Shown: in pieces, positions 39,273 through 52,302 of the stretch | Layout of the letters: every line of letters starts with the position of its first letter | How positions within the stretch are numbered: the stretch's first letter is position 1 | Origin: Candidatus Cloacimonadota bacterium | GTDB taxonomy: Bacteria > Cloacimonadota > Cloacimonadia > G963667145 | Length of the DNA: 64,000 nt | Reading direction: 5' to 3' | NCBI GenBank assembly: GCA_963676615.1 | Contig: OY781092.1 | Coordinates: 992,001-1,056,000, forward strand | Notes under the pieces: generated by a model | Database searches by the model: none | What the model saw: the letters and a program-made list of their open reading frames with translations, nothing else | What the model was told of the DNA's origin: nothing | Translations under genes and position numbers: made by a program

Positions 39273-39487
39273 AAAAATCCCTTTTTTATTTAATAATTAA
39301 AAGCTGATTCAAAAATCAACTTTCCCTTCTCAACAAAATTTCTTAATTACAGTCGAAAACTGTCAATCTTTTTTTAAATATCTTCTCTTTATAATCTCCA
39401 AAATCAAAGAAAATCATAACTTTTCTTGACATTTCGCACAAATCTCACAGCCTAAAAATAAATTTATTTAATTTGCGGGAGGAACAA

Positions 39488-40426
39488 ATGAAAATCTTGG
39501 TCACCAAGAAATTGCCATATATGCCAGATTTTGCGGCGCTGGGCTATCAAACTTACATAAATCAAGACCAACAGTTGATGAGCTACGACCAAATCAAAAA
39601 CGAAATCAAAGACGCAAGCGCCCTTGTCAGCGTTCTGGCGGACAAAATCGACCAAGAAATCATCGACGCAGCGCCAAACCTGAAGGTCATCTGCAACTAC
39701 GCCGTGGGCTACAACAACATCGACTTCGCCTACGCCAAAAGCAAAGGAATCGTCGTCTGCAACACGCCCGATGTCCTAACCGACACCACCGCAGAGCTGG
39801 CTTGGTCGCTACTGATGTCCGCCGCAAGGCTCATCGTCGCCTCCGACCGCTTCGTGCAAAAAGGACTCTTCCAACAATGGCAACCCGACTTGATGCTCGG
39901 GCAAGACATCGTCGGCAAAACATTGGGCATAATCGGCTCGGGACGCATCGGCACAGCTATGGGAAAAATGTCGCAAGGATTTAGAATGCCGCTGCTTTAC
40001 ACGCACAAAAAAAATCCCCAGCTAGATGCCATCGGCGGCAAAATGGTCGAAATGAACAAACTGCTAGCAGAATCGGACTTCATCTCGCTTCACTGCCCGC
40101 TCACGCCAGCAACCAAACACCTCATTGGCAAAAACGAACTGAAAATGATGAAAAAAAACGCAATCCTCATCAACACGGCACGCGGAGCGATTATCAACGA
40201 GCAAGATTTGGTGGACGCCCTCTGCTGCGGCGAAATCGCAGGAGCGGGACTCGATGTTTTCGAGGAGGAACCAAAAATCAACGAGGGACTGCTGAACAAC
40301 GACAAAGTCGTCCTCACGCCGCACATCGGCTCGGCGACTCTTTCCACACGCACCAAAATGGCGAAAATGTGCTTCGACGATTGCTTCGCCGTCCTCTCTG
40401 GCAAAAAAGCCAAATTCACGGTTTAG
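39488..40426 (+). CDS. D-isomer-specific 2-hydroxyacid dehydrogenase (glyoxylate reductase/D-glycerate dehydrogenase-like)
   Basis: AVGYNNID, NTPDVLT, GIIGSGRIG, INTARG, DVFEEEP, PHIGSAT. Confidence 0.92.
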   Translation: MKILVTKKLPYMPDFAALGYQTYINQDQQLMSYDQIKNEIKDASALVSVLADKIDQEIIDAAPNLKVICNYAVGYNNIDFAYAKSKGIVVCNTPDVLTDTTAELAWSLLMSAARLIVASDRFVQKGLFQQWQPDLMLGQDIVGKTLGIIGSGRIGTAMGKMSQGFRMPLLYTHKKNPQLDAIGGKMVEMNKLLAESDFISLHCPLTPATKHLIGKNELKMMKKNAILINTARGAIINEQDLVDALCCGEIAGAGLDVFEEEPKINEGLLNNDKVVLTPHIGSATLSTRTKMAKMCFDDCFAVLSGKKAKFTV

Positions 40427-40431
40427 CGCAA

Positions 40432-41106
40432 ATGAACATCCTGACAATCGACTCGCACTCCACTTCGGGCAGCGTCGCTATCGCCCAGAACGGACAAATC
40501 CGCTACCTCGCCTATCAGGACATCAAAGGCACACACAGTGCGCGCCTAATGAAAATGATCGACCAAGCGCTGCAAGTCTGCGAGCTACAAGTCGAAAACA
40601 TCGACCAAATCGTCCTCTGCATCGGTCCTGGCTCGTTCACTGGCATCCGCATCGGACTTGCCACCGCAAAAGGGCTTGCTTTCGCTCACAAAATCCCCAT
40701 CGTGCCAGTCTCCTCGCTAGAGTTGCGAGCGCTGCCTTTGCAAAAATGCGGGGAAAAAATAATCAGCTTTTGTGACGCCAAAACCAAAGAGATTTACGCC
40801 GCCATCTACGACGAAAATTTCAAGCAAATTTTGCCCGCTGGCTGCTACAACGCAGAAAACTTTTTCAAAAACCTTAGCGGAAAATACATCGTCACTGGCG
40901 ACAACTACCAAATAATCGAAAAACACTCGGCGCATTTGCAACTAGAAAAAGCCAGCCTTGCGCAAAGCCTGCCGCTCGCCGCTTTCCTCATCGAAAAAAA
41001 TGACCCGCAGCAAAAATTCGACTTCGATCAGTTGGCAGACCTCGAGCCGCTATACCTGCGCAAATCGCAAGCAGAAATCGTCTGGGAAAAAAGAAAAGGG
41101 AAATAA
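40432..41106 (+). CDS. tsaB: tRNA threonylcarbamoyladenosine biosynthesis protein TsaB
   Basis: HSARL, GPGSFTGIRIG, DAK, LEPLYLR. Confidence 0.93.
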   Translation: MNILTIDSHSTSGSVAIAQNGQIRYLAYQDIKGTHSARLMKMIDQALQVCELQVENIDQIVLCIGPGSFTGIRIGLATAKGLAFAHKIPIVPVSSLELRALPLQKCGEKIISFCDAKTKEIYAAIYDENFKQILPAGCYNAENFFKNLSGKYIVTGDNYQIIEKHSAHLQLEKASLAQSLPLAAFLIEKNDPQQKFDFDQLADLEPLYLRKSQAEIVWEKRKGK

Positions 41107-41134
41107 AAATCCCCATTTTGCAAAAATCATTCCA

Positions 41135-41749
41135 TTAAATATGAAATTTCTTGATTAAACCATCAAGGGCTTTATTCTGTTTTGTTGTCAATTCCCCTTT
41201 TTCAACATAATTTCTTTCCAAAGAAAGAACAAATTTACAATCAAACCATTCATTGAATTTTACCCAATTTAAAATTTTATTAATTCTATACGGAACCGAA
41301 ATATCCTCTCCACAAATAAAAATTAATACTTTTCTATTAATTTTCACCCTAAATTCAAGCTGTTTTTCAGTTAATTTTCTCTTTTTCAAAGTGTCAGAAT
41401 AAAAGTTACATTCATACTTTGATAAAAACTTTTTTTCTTTAAGATATTCTAGTATACTACTGCCAATACTTTTGTTTATATCTACTTTCACCCTTTCTGT
41501 TGCAGCCAAAATTTTAGTTCCAATATCAATATGCAAAAATTTACTTACACAACAATTTCCCACCTCAGTTTGTTTATTATTTTTTACATTTTTTAACACA
41601 CAAATATTTTTTATTGGATAATGTCCACAAAGACACTTTTTAGGGCTTCCACTCTTGTAAACAAAATCAAATTCCCACTCACTTTTAGCATTGTCCCAAA
41701 TATTTGCTTCACTAATCTTTAAAATCTCTTCAAATAACTTATATTCCAT
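41135..41749 (-). CDS. Hypothetical AT-rich protein with a putative Zn-binding motif
   Basis: 204-aa ORF with CLCGH...VGNCCV. Confidence 0.6.
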   Translation of the reverse strand: MEYKLFEEILKISEANIWDNAKSEWEFDFVYKSGSPKKCLCGHYPIKNICVLKNVKNNKQTEVGNCCVSKFLHIDIGTKILAATERVKVDINKSIGSSILEYLKEKKFLSKYECNFYSDTLKKRKLTEKQLEFRVKINRKVLIFICGEDISVPYRINKILNWVKFNEWFDCKFVLSLERNYVEKGELTTKQNKALDGLIKKFHI

Positions 41750-41772
41750 AAAAACATTTAATATGTCAAAAC

Positions 41773-42021
41773 TCAGGCTTTATACCGATGATACAGCGCC
41801 AAATCGACGCTCACCAGACAAAAATTGAACACATAAAGCCAAACCACCGCGTCCATATTGTAAAAAAGTTTGTTCAAAATTCCAAACAGATAGCCCAAAA
41901 GCAGCAGAAACATAAACAGCGGGCTTTTCCCCGTAACCTGCTTTGTTCGCAAGGACTTAGCGATGCTCACTGGCCAGCTCGCGCCGAAACACACCAACAT
42001 CAAAATTTCAAAAAAACTCAA
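41773..42021 (-). CDS. Small 3-TM membrane protein (PQ-loop/SemiSWEET-like)
   Basis: FGASWP.SI.KS...GKS..F, three hydrophobic helices. Confidence 0.7.
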   Translation of the reverse strand: MSFFEILMLVCFGASWPVSIAKSLRTKQVTGKSPLFMFLLLLGYLFGILNKLFYNMDAVVWLYVFNFCLVSVDLALYHRYKA

Positions 42022-42041
42022 AGGTACTTCCTTTTTTTAAA

Positions 42042-42485
42042 TCATCTCTTCGAGCGAAAATAGTCCCGCAAAATCTGCCCGCACTCTGTGGCTAGCACGC
42101 CTTTTCTCACGACTGGATTGTGATTGAGCCGCGCATCTTTCGCAATATCGTAGAGCGAGCCCATCGCTCCAGATTTCGGATCGTCCGCGCCAAAAACCAC
42201 CGTGCCCACTCGCGCCCACTGGATAATCCCTGCGCACATAACGCACGGTTCCAGCGTCACATAGAGCGTGTAGTCATAAAAATAAACCTCGCCCCCAGCA
42301 ATCGCAGACTCGATTACCAGCTTTTCTGCGTGCGCCAAACGATTGGACTTCTGCCCGTTTCCCGCCTCAGCCACCACTTTGCCGTCTTTCACCAAAACAG
42401 CTCCGATAGGAATATTCCCCGCTTTGGCAGCCAGCTCCGCTTGCGCAAGAGCCCGCCGCATAAATTTCTCGTCAGACTCAGCCAC
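42042..42485 (-). CDS. tadA: tRNA adenosine-34 deaminase
   Basis: PIGAVLV, AHAE, TLEPCVMC, DPKSGA, LNH. Confidence 0.9.
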   Translation of the reverse strand: MAESDEKFMRRALAQAELAAKAGNIPIGAVLVKDGKVVAEAGNGQKSNRLAHAEKLVIESAIAGGEVYFYDYTLYVTLEPCVMCAGIIQWARVGTVVFGADDPKSGAMGSLYDIAKDARLNHNPVVRKGVLATECGQILRDYFRSKR

Positions 42486-43413
42486 TATTTCAGCTTGCCG
42501 CCTTTCAGATATTTAAACAGTTCCGAATCTGTCGATAAAATCAGCTCCGACTTGCCCGTCAAAGTTTTTTGATAAGCCTCCAGCGACTTCATAAATCTAT
42601 AAAACTCAGGGTCTTTGTTATACGCCTTGGCATAAATCGAAATCGCCTGCGCATCCGCCTTACCCTTTATCGACTGCGCTTTTTGATAAGCCGCCGACTG
42701 AATATTGTCCAGCTCCCGCATCTTCATTCCCTCAATCTCCGCCTTTTTGCCCTTGCCCAGCGAGCGATACTTCTCGGCGATCTTTTGCCGCTCGGAAATC
42801 ATCCGCTCATAAACCTTCTCACGCACATCTTTCACATAGTTAATCCGCTTGATTTTCACATCGATGAGCTTGATGCCATACTTCGCCACTTCGCCTTTGG
42901 AAAGGTCAAAAATCTCCTTCTCCAAATCAGACCTGCCCACTGCAATATCCATCCCATTGTCGTTCTCACGAGAGCGGGAATCTTCCGAATAGACCATCTT
43001 CCGATTGCTCGAACGCACCACGCTTATTAGCTTGTTACACGAAATGATGTCCCTGGCAGAGCCCGAGATAATGTCGTCCAATCTGCCGTGCGCCAAACTT
43101 TCTGTCCGCACCGTCTGAAAAAATTTCAGCGGATTCTCGATCTGCCAACGAGAAAACATATCCAACCAAATATACCGCTTATCCGCCGTCGGAATTTGCT
43201 GCGGATCGCCATCCCATTCCAAAATTCGCTCATCGAAATAGTGCACCTTTTGCACAAACGGAATTTTAAACTTCAGCCCAGCGGTTTTAATCGCGCCGCC
43301 CACTGGCTCGCCAAACTGCGTGACTATCGCCTGTTGACCCTCGGGCAAAATATAAAATCCGTTGAACAAAACCACCAGCGCTACAGCCGCAAGAGCCGCT
43401 AACTTCCAATGTC

Positions 43414-43417
<4 letters not shown>
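42485..43417 (-). CDS. hflC: FtsH modulator HflC
   Basis: SPFH domain, MISER, DPEFYRF.KSLEAY. Confidence 0.93.
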
Positions 43418-46097
<2,680 letters not shown>

Positions 46098-46332
46098 TCA
46101 AAAAAACAGCGTTCGCTCGCACGAAAACCACCTGTCCAAAGATAAATAAAAGGGTAAATTGTAAACAGTTTTTTTCTTGCCCTCATTTATTTTTGAGCAA
46201 CGAACTTTTTTTGCTCGACTCCCAAAACCGCACGGCAAAACGAAACTGCAAAATCGACAAAATCTTGACTTTTTACCAACGCCAAAAAATATTGCTAACC
46301 AAAAGAAAAATAATCTAAAGGAGATTTGCCAA

Positions 46333-47367
46333 ATGAACAAAAAAAACCAGCGACGCAAAAAGCTGCTCGACTACCTCATCCAAGAATACGCTCAATGCTC
46401 TGCGCCTCTTGCTTCTGGCTACATCTGCAAAAAATATTTTTCCGACAAAAGCCCCGCAACAATCCGCACCGACCTCGTCCGCCTAGAAGAAAAAGGATAC
46501 ATCTACCAGCCACACACATCTTCGGGCAGAATTCCCACAATTTTGGGCTATCGAGAATACCTCAAACAAAACCAATTTTCCGAAGAACTTTTTGGCAACA
46601 CCGATCACCTGAAAAAACTCGTCTGCGACAACTTCCGCGACGCCACATCGATGCTGGATGCGATTTTGCAAATTTTGGCAGCCTCCACCAAACAGCTCAG
46701 CTTCGTCGCCGAACCAGAAATGAGCTACGAGTTTTTGCAAAATTTGAGCGTCTTCAAAATCTCACCAAAAAAGCTCCTGTTCGTCGTCAGTCTGAGCTCT
46801 GGACTCGACAAAACTCTGCTGACCGAATGCAACTACCAAATCACCGCAAAACAGCTAGGAGCGCTCGTCCGCTATGTCAACCAAAAATTTTCGGGAATGC
46901 GCATCTACGACATCCAAACCAAATATCTGCTCGACTCCAAACTGCGCCAAGAAAACACCCTGCTCAACCTTTTTTTGGCAGAACTCTACGAAGCTCTAGC
47001 AAAAATGGGCGGCTACTTTTTGAACTTCGACGGCAACATCTCGTTTTTGCAACAACCAGAATTCGACGACAAAAACAACATCCTCAACTTTTTCGCAATG
47101 ATAAGAAGGCAGGAAGTGCTAGTCAAACTGATGCAAGAAAACGACCCCAAAGAAAACGCAGGCGTCATTTTAGGCGAAGATCTGCCCGACAAAAACTGGG
47201 GACAATTCGTCCTGCTCTACGCAAAATACAGCCTCTTTGGCATCCCCGGGTATCTGGGCACAATCAGCCCACTTCGCGCCGACTACGCCACAATCATCTC
47301 CTGCTTAAAAGCGGTCGCCAAGACAATCACAGCCACCACCAGAGACCGCGCAATCGTAAAATACTAG
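46333..47367 (+). CDS. hrcA: Heat-inducible transcription repressor
   Basis: SPATIR, QPHTSSGRIPT, QPEF, GTISPLRADY. Confidence 0.92.
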   Translation: MNKKNQRRKKLLDYLIQEYAQCSAPLASGYICKKYFSDKSPATIRTDLVRLEEKGYIYQPHTSSGRIPTILGYREYLKQNQFSEELFGNTDHLKKLVCDNFRDATSMLDAILQILAASTKQLSFVAEPEMSYEFLQNLSVFKISPKKLLFVVSLSSGLDKTLLTECNYQITAKQLGALVRYVNQKFSGMRIYDIQTKYLLDSKLRQENTLLNLFLAELYEALAKMGGYFLNFDGNISFLQQPEFDDKNNILNFFAMIRRQEVLVKLMQENDPKENAGVILGEDLPDKNWGQFVLLYAKYSLFGIPGYLGTISPLRADYATIISCLKAVAKTITATTRDRAIVKY

Positions 47368-47369
47368 CC

Positions 47370-49094
47370 CTACTGCACTATCTCGCCGTCGATTTTTTCG
47401 ATAAACTCCGCGACCTTCTCGTCTTTCGCAATCTCCGCCAAATCGACCTCTTCCTCCGCCTGCTTGCTCTGCTCTTGCTCAGAAGATTTCGCCGATTTCG
47501 CCGAGGCACTCACCTTCACCGAAAGCTGCAAATCGACATCAAAAAAATTGGACAAAAGTTTGATAAAAGTGCTAGAATCTCGCTCAAAAGACGATTGCTC
47601 AAACTTATTTGGGAACTCAATCTGCAAAACATTTCCAGCCAAAATCTTTTTGGGATACTCGTCGAAAAAATGGAGCAAATAAACGCCAAAATCGTTATCT
47701 TTCAAAAGCGCATTCAACTCTGGCAACGCCGCATCGAACTCACTCTGCGTCAACTCTTTGCGCTGCTTTTTCGCCTGAATAGCCTCATCTTCAACTGGCT
47801 CGCTCTTTTTTTCAACTTTCATTTTTATCGGCTCTGGCTTTTTTTCTGGTAAAACTTCCGCCGAAACAGCCGCTTTTTTGGGCGCTACTTTCGGTTGTGG
47901 AGTCTCCACTTTTTTTGCAGGACTCGCCGTCGCTTGCGTTTGTGCAGCCGCTGCCACGCTATTTCTGCCCGCATTACTTTGCAGATACGAGATAATCTTG
48001 TCCACCGATTTCAGCTGCTCCACCTTGGACAGACGAATCAAAGCCAGCTCAGCCACAAACGCCTGATTGCCCGCCTGCTTTATCTTCCGCACAGTTTCCG
48101 CCAAAATATCGATAAGCAAAATCAAAGTCCGCTCACCCAATTTTTTGGCAACCACCAAAGCGTTCTCTGCCACATCTGCAGGCATCTCCTGGCTTTTTCC
48201 GCTATAAAAAAGTGTCAAAAGCGAGCTCAAAAAATCCAAAAATCCCATCATAAACTCAACAACACCATTGCCACTTTCGACAACCGCCGCAAATTCCGCC
48301 AGCACACCAGTGGTGTCGTTTTCGGCTATCTTTTCCAAAATCCGCAAATAGACCTGCCACGAGATTATCCCAAACATAAACAAAACATCTTTGTGGGTAA
48401 TCTTTTCCGAAGAGTAGGAGATCATCTGATCCAAAAGCGAGAGCGCGTCCCGCATTCCGCCATCGGCTTTGTGCGCAATCACCGCAAGGGCTTGCTCCTC
48501 CGCCTCAATTTTCTCCTCCTTACAGATCGAAGCAAGATTTTCTAAAATCGCACCGAAAGGAATGCGCTTGAGGTCGAACCGCTGGCAACGCGACAAAATC
48601 GTGGGCAAAATTTTGTGCGGCTCGGTCGTCGCAAACATAAAAATCACTCGCTCGGGCGGCTCTTCCAGCGTCTTTAGCAGCGCATTAAACGCGCTAGTGG
48701 AGAGCATATGCACCTCGTCGATGATGTAGATTTTGTATCGCGAGGAGGTCGTCGTGTACATCAGCTCCCGCTGCAGCTCCCGAATATCATCCACGCCCGT
48801 GTTGGACGCACCATCGATTTCCGCAACATCGTAGGAGATCGCTTTCTCGATTTCCGTGCAATTGCTGCATTTCCCGCAAGGATGCACTGTTGGTCCATCC
48901 TGACAGTTCAGACTTTTCGCAAAAATCCGAGCCAAAGAGGTTTTGCCCACCCCTCTTGGCCCGGTAAACAAATACGCTCCCGCAATTCTATCTTTTTCCA
49001 CAGAGCTTATCAAAATTTTGGTCACATGGTCTTGGGCATAAACCTGCTCAAAAGTTTGCGGGCGATACTTCCGCGCTAGGACTGTATATTGCAT
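47370..49094 (-). CDS. dnaX: DNA polymerase III gamma/tau subunit
   Basis: LARKYRP, GPRGVGKT, IIDEVHML, LKTLEEPP, SRCQ. Confidence 0.97.
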   Translation of the reverse strand: MQYTVLARKYRPQTFEQVYAQDHVTKILISSVEKDRIAGAYLFTGPRGVGKTSLARIFAKSLNCQDGPTVHPCGKCSNCTEIEKAISYDVAEIDGASNTGVDDIRELQRELMYTTTSSRYKIYIIDEVHMLSTSAFNALLKTLEEPPERVIFMFATTEPHKILPTILSRCQRFDLKRIPFGAILENLASICKEEKIEAEEQALAVIAHKADGGMRDALSLLDQMISYSSEKITHKDVLFMFGIISWQVYLRILEKIAENDTTGVLAEFAAVVESGNGVVEFMMGFLDFLSSLLTLFYSGKSQEMPADVAENALVVAKKLGERTLILLIDILAETVRKIKQAGNQAFVAELALIRLSKVEQLKSVDKIISYLQSNAGRNSVAAAAQTQATASPAKKVETPQPKVAPKKAAVSAEVLPEKKPEPIKMKVEKKSEPVEDEAIQAKKQRKELTQSEFDAALPELNALLKDNDFGVYLLHFFDEYPKKILAGNVLQIEFPNKFEQSSFERDSSTFIKLLSNFFDVDLQLSVKVSASAKSAKSSEQEQSKQAEEEVDLAEIAKDEKVAEFIEKIDGEIVQ

Positions 49095-49915
49095 TACTCT
49101 CCCAGAGCTTTTATCAAATTGTAGGTAACATCAAAGCGATACTCCGCATCGGATCTAAGGTCGGTAATCGGAGTGATTTCCTTTTTCAATGCGGCTTGCA
49201 AATCGGCGTCGCTTCCGCCGCTCTGCAGCACTTTCTCCACCGCTGGCAGCCTTCTGGCATACTCGTTGAGGCTACCCACTGCAATTCGCAAACTCTCGAA
49301 CTTGTCGCCATTTTTGCGATAAACAGCCGCCAGAGCCACTTTTGCAATCGTCAAAGATTTTCTGGAACTCACTTTTTTATAAAAAGTGCTCATCCCTTTT
49401 TCGATAGGAACGATTACCGCTTTGATCACCTCGCCCTTTTCCAACACCGACTGCTTGTAGCCCGTAAAATAATCACACAACTTAACCTTGCGCTCGCCTT
49501 TGGCGCTGACCAACAAAACCTGCGCATCCAAAGCCAACAAAATCGGAGTAGCGTCGGCAGTCGGAGAGCCGTTAGCGATATTTCCGCCGATTGTCGCCGT
49601 ATTTTGCAAAAGCGGAGAAGCGAAATTCACCAGCGACTGGCTCAAAAGCGGAGCGTTTGCCTTTACCAGCTCAGAGCCGATAATCTGTCCAAAACTCACA
49701 CCAGCGCCAATAATCAGCTCGTCATTTTTGGCATCAATGCCCTTTAGCTCTTGCAAATTCCCGATGAAAAAAATCGTGCTATCCTTGATCATCTGCTTGC
49801 TGATTTGCACATTGATATCCGTGCCGCCAGCCAAATAATAGTAACTTCCGCCGCACGCGCTGCTTTTTTCAAAAAGATCCGCCAAACTCGAAACTCTAAC
49901 CAAACTGTTACTCAT
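49094..49915 (-). CDS. Xanthine/CO dehydrogenase-family FAD-binding subunit
   Basis: LAGGTD, ATIGGNIANGSP.AD, PITDLRSDAEYR. Confidence 0.9.
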   Translation of the reverse strand: MSNSLVRVSSLADLFEKSSACGGSYYYLAGGTDINVQISKQMIKDSTIFFIGNLQELKGIDAKNDELIIGAGVSFGQIIGSELVKANAPLLSQSLVNFASPLLQNTATIGGNIANGSPTADATPILLALDAQVLLVSAKGERKVKLCDYFTGYKQSVLEKGEVIKAVIVPIEKGMSTFYKKVSSRKSLTIAKVALAAVYRKNGDKFESLRIAVGSLNEYARRLPAVEKVLQSGGSDADLQAALKKEITPITDLRSDAEYRFDVTYNLIKALGE

Positions 49916-49916
49916 C

Positions 49917-50381
49917 TTACACCCCCTTGGCGTCTTTGCACGCTCTTTGAATAGCAGAGATAATCTTCTCATAACCTGTGCAGCGGCAGACATTTCCAGA
50001 CATCGCTCTTTTGATGCTCTCTTTGTCATCGCTTCCGCCGTTTGAGATGTAATGGTATGTGCTCACCATAAATCCCGGAAAACAAAAACCGCATTGCACG
50101 GCGTTTTCCTCGTAAAAAGCGTTCTTGATAATTTCGCCCAATTTGCTTTGGGACACCCACTCAACTGTTTTAACCTCTTTGCCTTCGGCGTGGATAAGAT
50201 TCATCGTGCAGCTGGTAACGGGCTTGCCCTCAAAAAGGACAGTGCAAGCTCCACATTCGCCCTCTGCGCAACCAACTTTTGTGCCAGTCAGCCCCAAATC
50301 CTCTCGAATCACTCTAACCAACGATTTTAAAGGATCTGCGTCCACAGACACATCTTTTCCATTAAGATTAAATTTAATCAT
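49917..50381 (-). CDS. Xanthine/CO dehydrogenase-family 2Fe-2S subunit
   Basis: GCAEGECGAC, QCGFC, GNVCRCTGY. Confidence 0.93.
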   Translation of the reverse strand: MIKFNLNGKDVSVDADPLKSLVRVIREDLGLTGTKVGCAEGECGACTVLFEGKPVTSCTMNLIHAEGKEVKTVEWVSQSKLGEIIKNAFYEENAVQCGFCFPGFMVSTYHYISNGGSDDKESIKRAMSGNVCRCTGYEKIISAIQRACKDAKGV

Positions 50382-52285
50382 ACCTCCCTCCCTTGAAGAT
50401 ATTTCTTATAAATTTGGCTTGGCTTTAGACCAAGACTGTTTTTCAACTCATCAACCGTGCCGTGCGGCACAAACTCATCGGGGTAACCAAAATTCATCAC
50501 CCGCACATTTTGGCAACACAAATGCTCGCTCACGCAAGAGCCAAAACCGCCACAAGCCACGCCGTCTTCCAGCGTAATAAACTCTCGGACTCCATCTTTC
50601 ACTGCCTCTTGCAAAATTTTTGCATCAAAAGGCTTCAGGCAATTATACCGCAAAATTCGCACGCCGACACCATCTTTTTGCATAATCTCCGCCAGCTGCC
50701 GTGCGTCCGCCAAAGCCGCACCGATAGCACAAATCCCCACCTGCTTTCCGTCGCCCTCGCGCTTCGCTCTGCCAAGAACAAACTCGCCAAAATCTTCGCT
50801 GAGCGCTTTCCCCCGCGGATAACGAATCGCCACAGGAGCGTCCTTGCATTCTGCCGCCCATTGCAACATCTGCCCCAGTTCCTGCCCGCTGGCTGGCGCA
50901 AGCACAACCAAACCAGGAATCATCCGCAAAAAAGCAAGATCGAACACGCCGTGATGCGTGGCGCCATCTGCTCCCACCAAGCCCGCTCTATCCAAACACA
51001 CCACAATCGGCAATTTTTGCATCGCCACATCGTGAATCATCTGGTCAAAAGCCCGCTGCATAAAAGTCGAATAAATCGCCACAAAAACTTTCTTGCCACC
51101 GCGCGCAAGTCCCGCGGCAAAAGTCACCGCATGTTGCTCGGCAATCCCCACATCATAGAACCTCTCGGCAAAATCTTGCGAAAACTTCTCCAGCCCAACT
51201 CCCTGGGTCATCGCAGCCACCACCGCACAAACATCGTCCCGCTCTTGAGCCAGCTCATACAAACTCTCGCCCAAAACAGAGCCATAGCCACGCTCCGAGC
51301 CTTTCTTCGCCTTTCCGCTGGCAATCTCAAACGGCGACACCCCATGAAACCGCTGTGGGTCTTTCTCGGCAAACTCATACCCCTTGCCTTTTTGGGTAAT
51401 TGTATGCACAAGCACAGGCCCCTTCACATTCGCGTCAATCTTCGTCAAAAGCTTCACCAGCTGCGCCAGATTGTGCCCGTTGACAGGTCCGATATATGTA
51501 AAACCAAAATCTTCGAAAAAAATGCTTTTCGAAAAAATATTCAGCAAACTCTCTTCCATCTTTTTCGATCCGTGCAGCAAAGTTTTCCGAATATTCTCGG
51601 GCAACAATTTCGACAAATCGTGCGCCTCTTTCTTAAAAAAGTTGTAACTCTTTGACACCAAAAAATTGGTCAAAGCTTTCTGCACGCCGCCAACATTTGG
51701 CGAAATCGACATCTGATTATCGTTGAGCACCACAATCAAATTCTCTGGGCGTATCTGCCCTGCGTGGTTAATCGCCTCAAAAGCCATTCCGCCCGTGAGC
51801 GCTCCATCGCCAATCACCGCAACGACTTTCTCATTTGGATAAGCTCTGGCAAGCCCCAAAGCAGCCGAGATCGAAGTCGAAGAGTGTCCCACAGAAAAAG
51901 CGTCGTATTCGCTCTCAAAAATGTTGTTGAACCCGCTGATGCCGCCAAATTGCCGCAAAGTGTGAAACCGCTGTTTCCTGCCAGTCAAAATTTTATACGC
52001 ATAGCTCTGATGCCCGACATCCCAGACAATCGGCGTTTTTTTCGGGTCAAAAACCTTGAGCAAAGCCAAAGTCAGCTCCACAGTCCCAAGCGACGGCGCC
52101 AAATGCCCGCCGTTGCTCGCACAAACCTGTATAATCTGCTCTCGCAACTCCTGCGCCAACTTCTCCAGCTGCTTCACATCGTATCCCGCAAGATCAGTCG
52201 CTCTTTGCTCTTCGCTCAAAATTCCTCCACCGTCATACTCTCCAACCCCGAGTTTTTCTGTCAAAGACTTTTTTTCTTTCGCCAA
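50378..52285 (-). CDS. dxs: 1-deoxy-D-xylulose-5-phosphate synthase
   Basis: GGHLAPSLG, WDVGHQ, GDGALTGG, IAEQH, YSTF, DGATH. Confidence 0.97.
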   Translation of the reverse strand: MAKEKKSLTEKLGVGEYDGGGILSEEQRATDLAGYDVKQLEKLAQELREQIIQVCASNGGHLAPSLGTVELTLALLKVFDPKKTPIVWDVGHQSYAYKILTGRKQRFHTLRQFGGISGFNNIFESEYDAFSVGHSSTSISAALGLARAYPNEKVVAVIGDGALTGGMAFEAINHAGQIRPENLIVVLNDNQMSISPNVGGVQKALTNFLVSKSYNFFKKEAHDLSKLLPENIRKTLLHGSKKMEESLLNIFSKSIFFEDFGFTYIGPVNGHNLAQLVKLLTKIDANVKGPVLVHTITQKGKGYEFAEKDPQRFHGVSPFEIASGKAKKGSERGYGSVLGESLYELAQERDDVCAVVAAMTQGVGLEKFSQDFAERFYDVGIAEQHAVTFAAGLARGGKKVFVAIYSTFMQRAFDQMIHDVAMQKLPIVVCLDRAGLVGADGATHHGVFDLAFLRMIPGLVVLAPASGQELGQMLQWAAECKDAPVAIRYPRGKALSEDFGEFVLGRAKREGDGKQVGICAIGAALADARQLAEIMQKDGVGVRILRYNCLKPFDAKILQEAVKDGVREFITLEDGVACGGFGSCVSEHLCCQNVRVMNFGYPDEFVPHGTVDELKNSLGLKPSQIYKKYLQGREV

Positions 52286-52302
52286 ATAGCACCCACAAAA
52301 TT

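Noticed and set aside
46326..47852. 508-aa alternative-frame ORF overlapping hrcA and dnaX
   Set aside because: Arg/Gln/Pro-rich off-frame translation with no recognisable domain.
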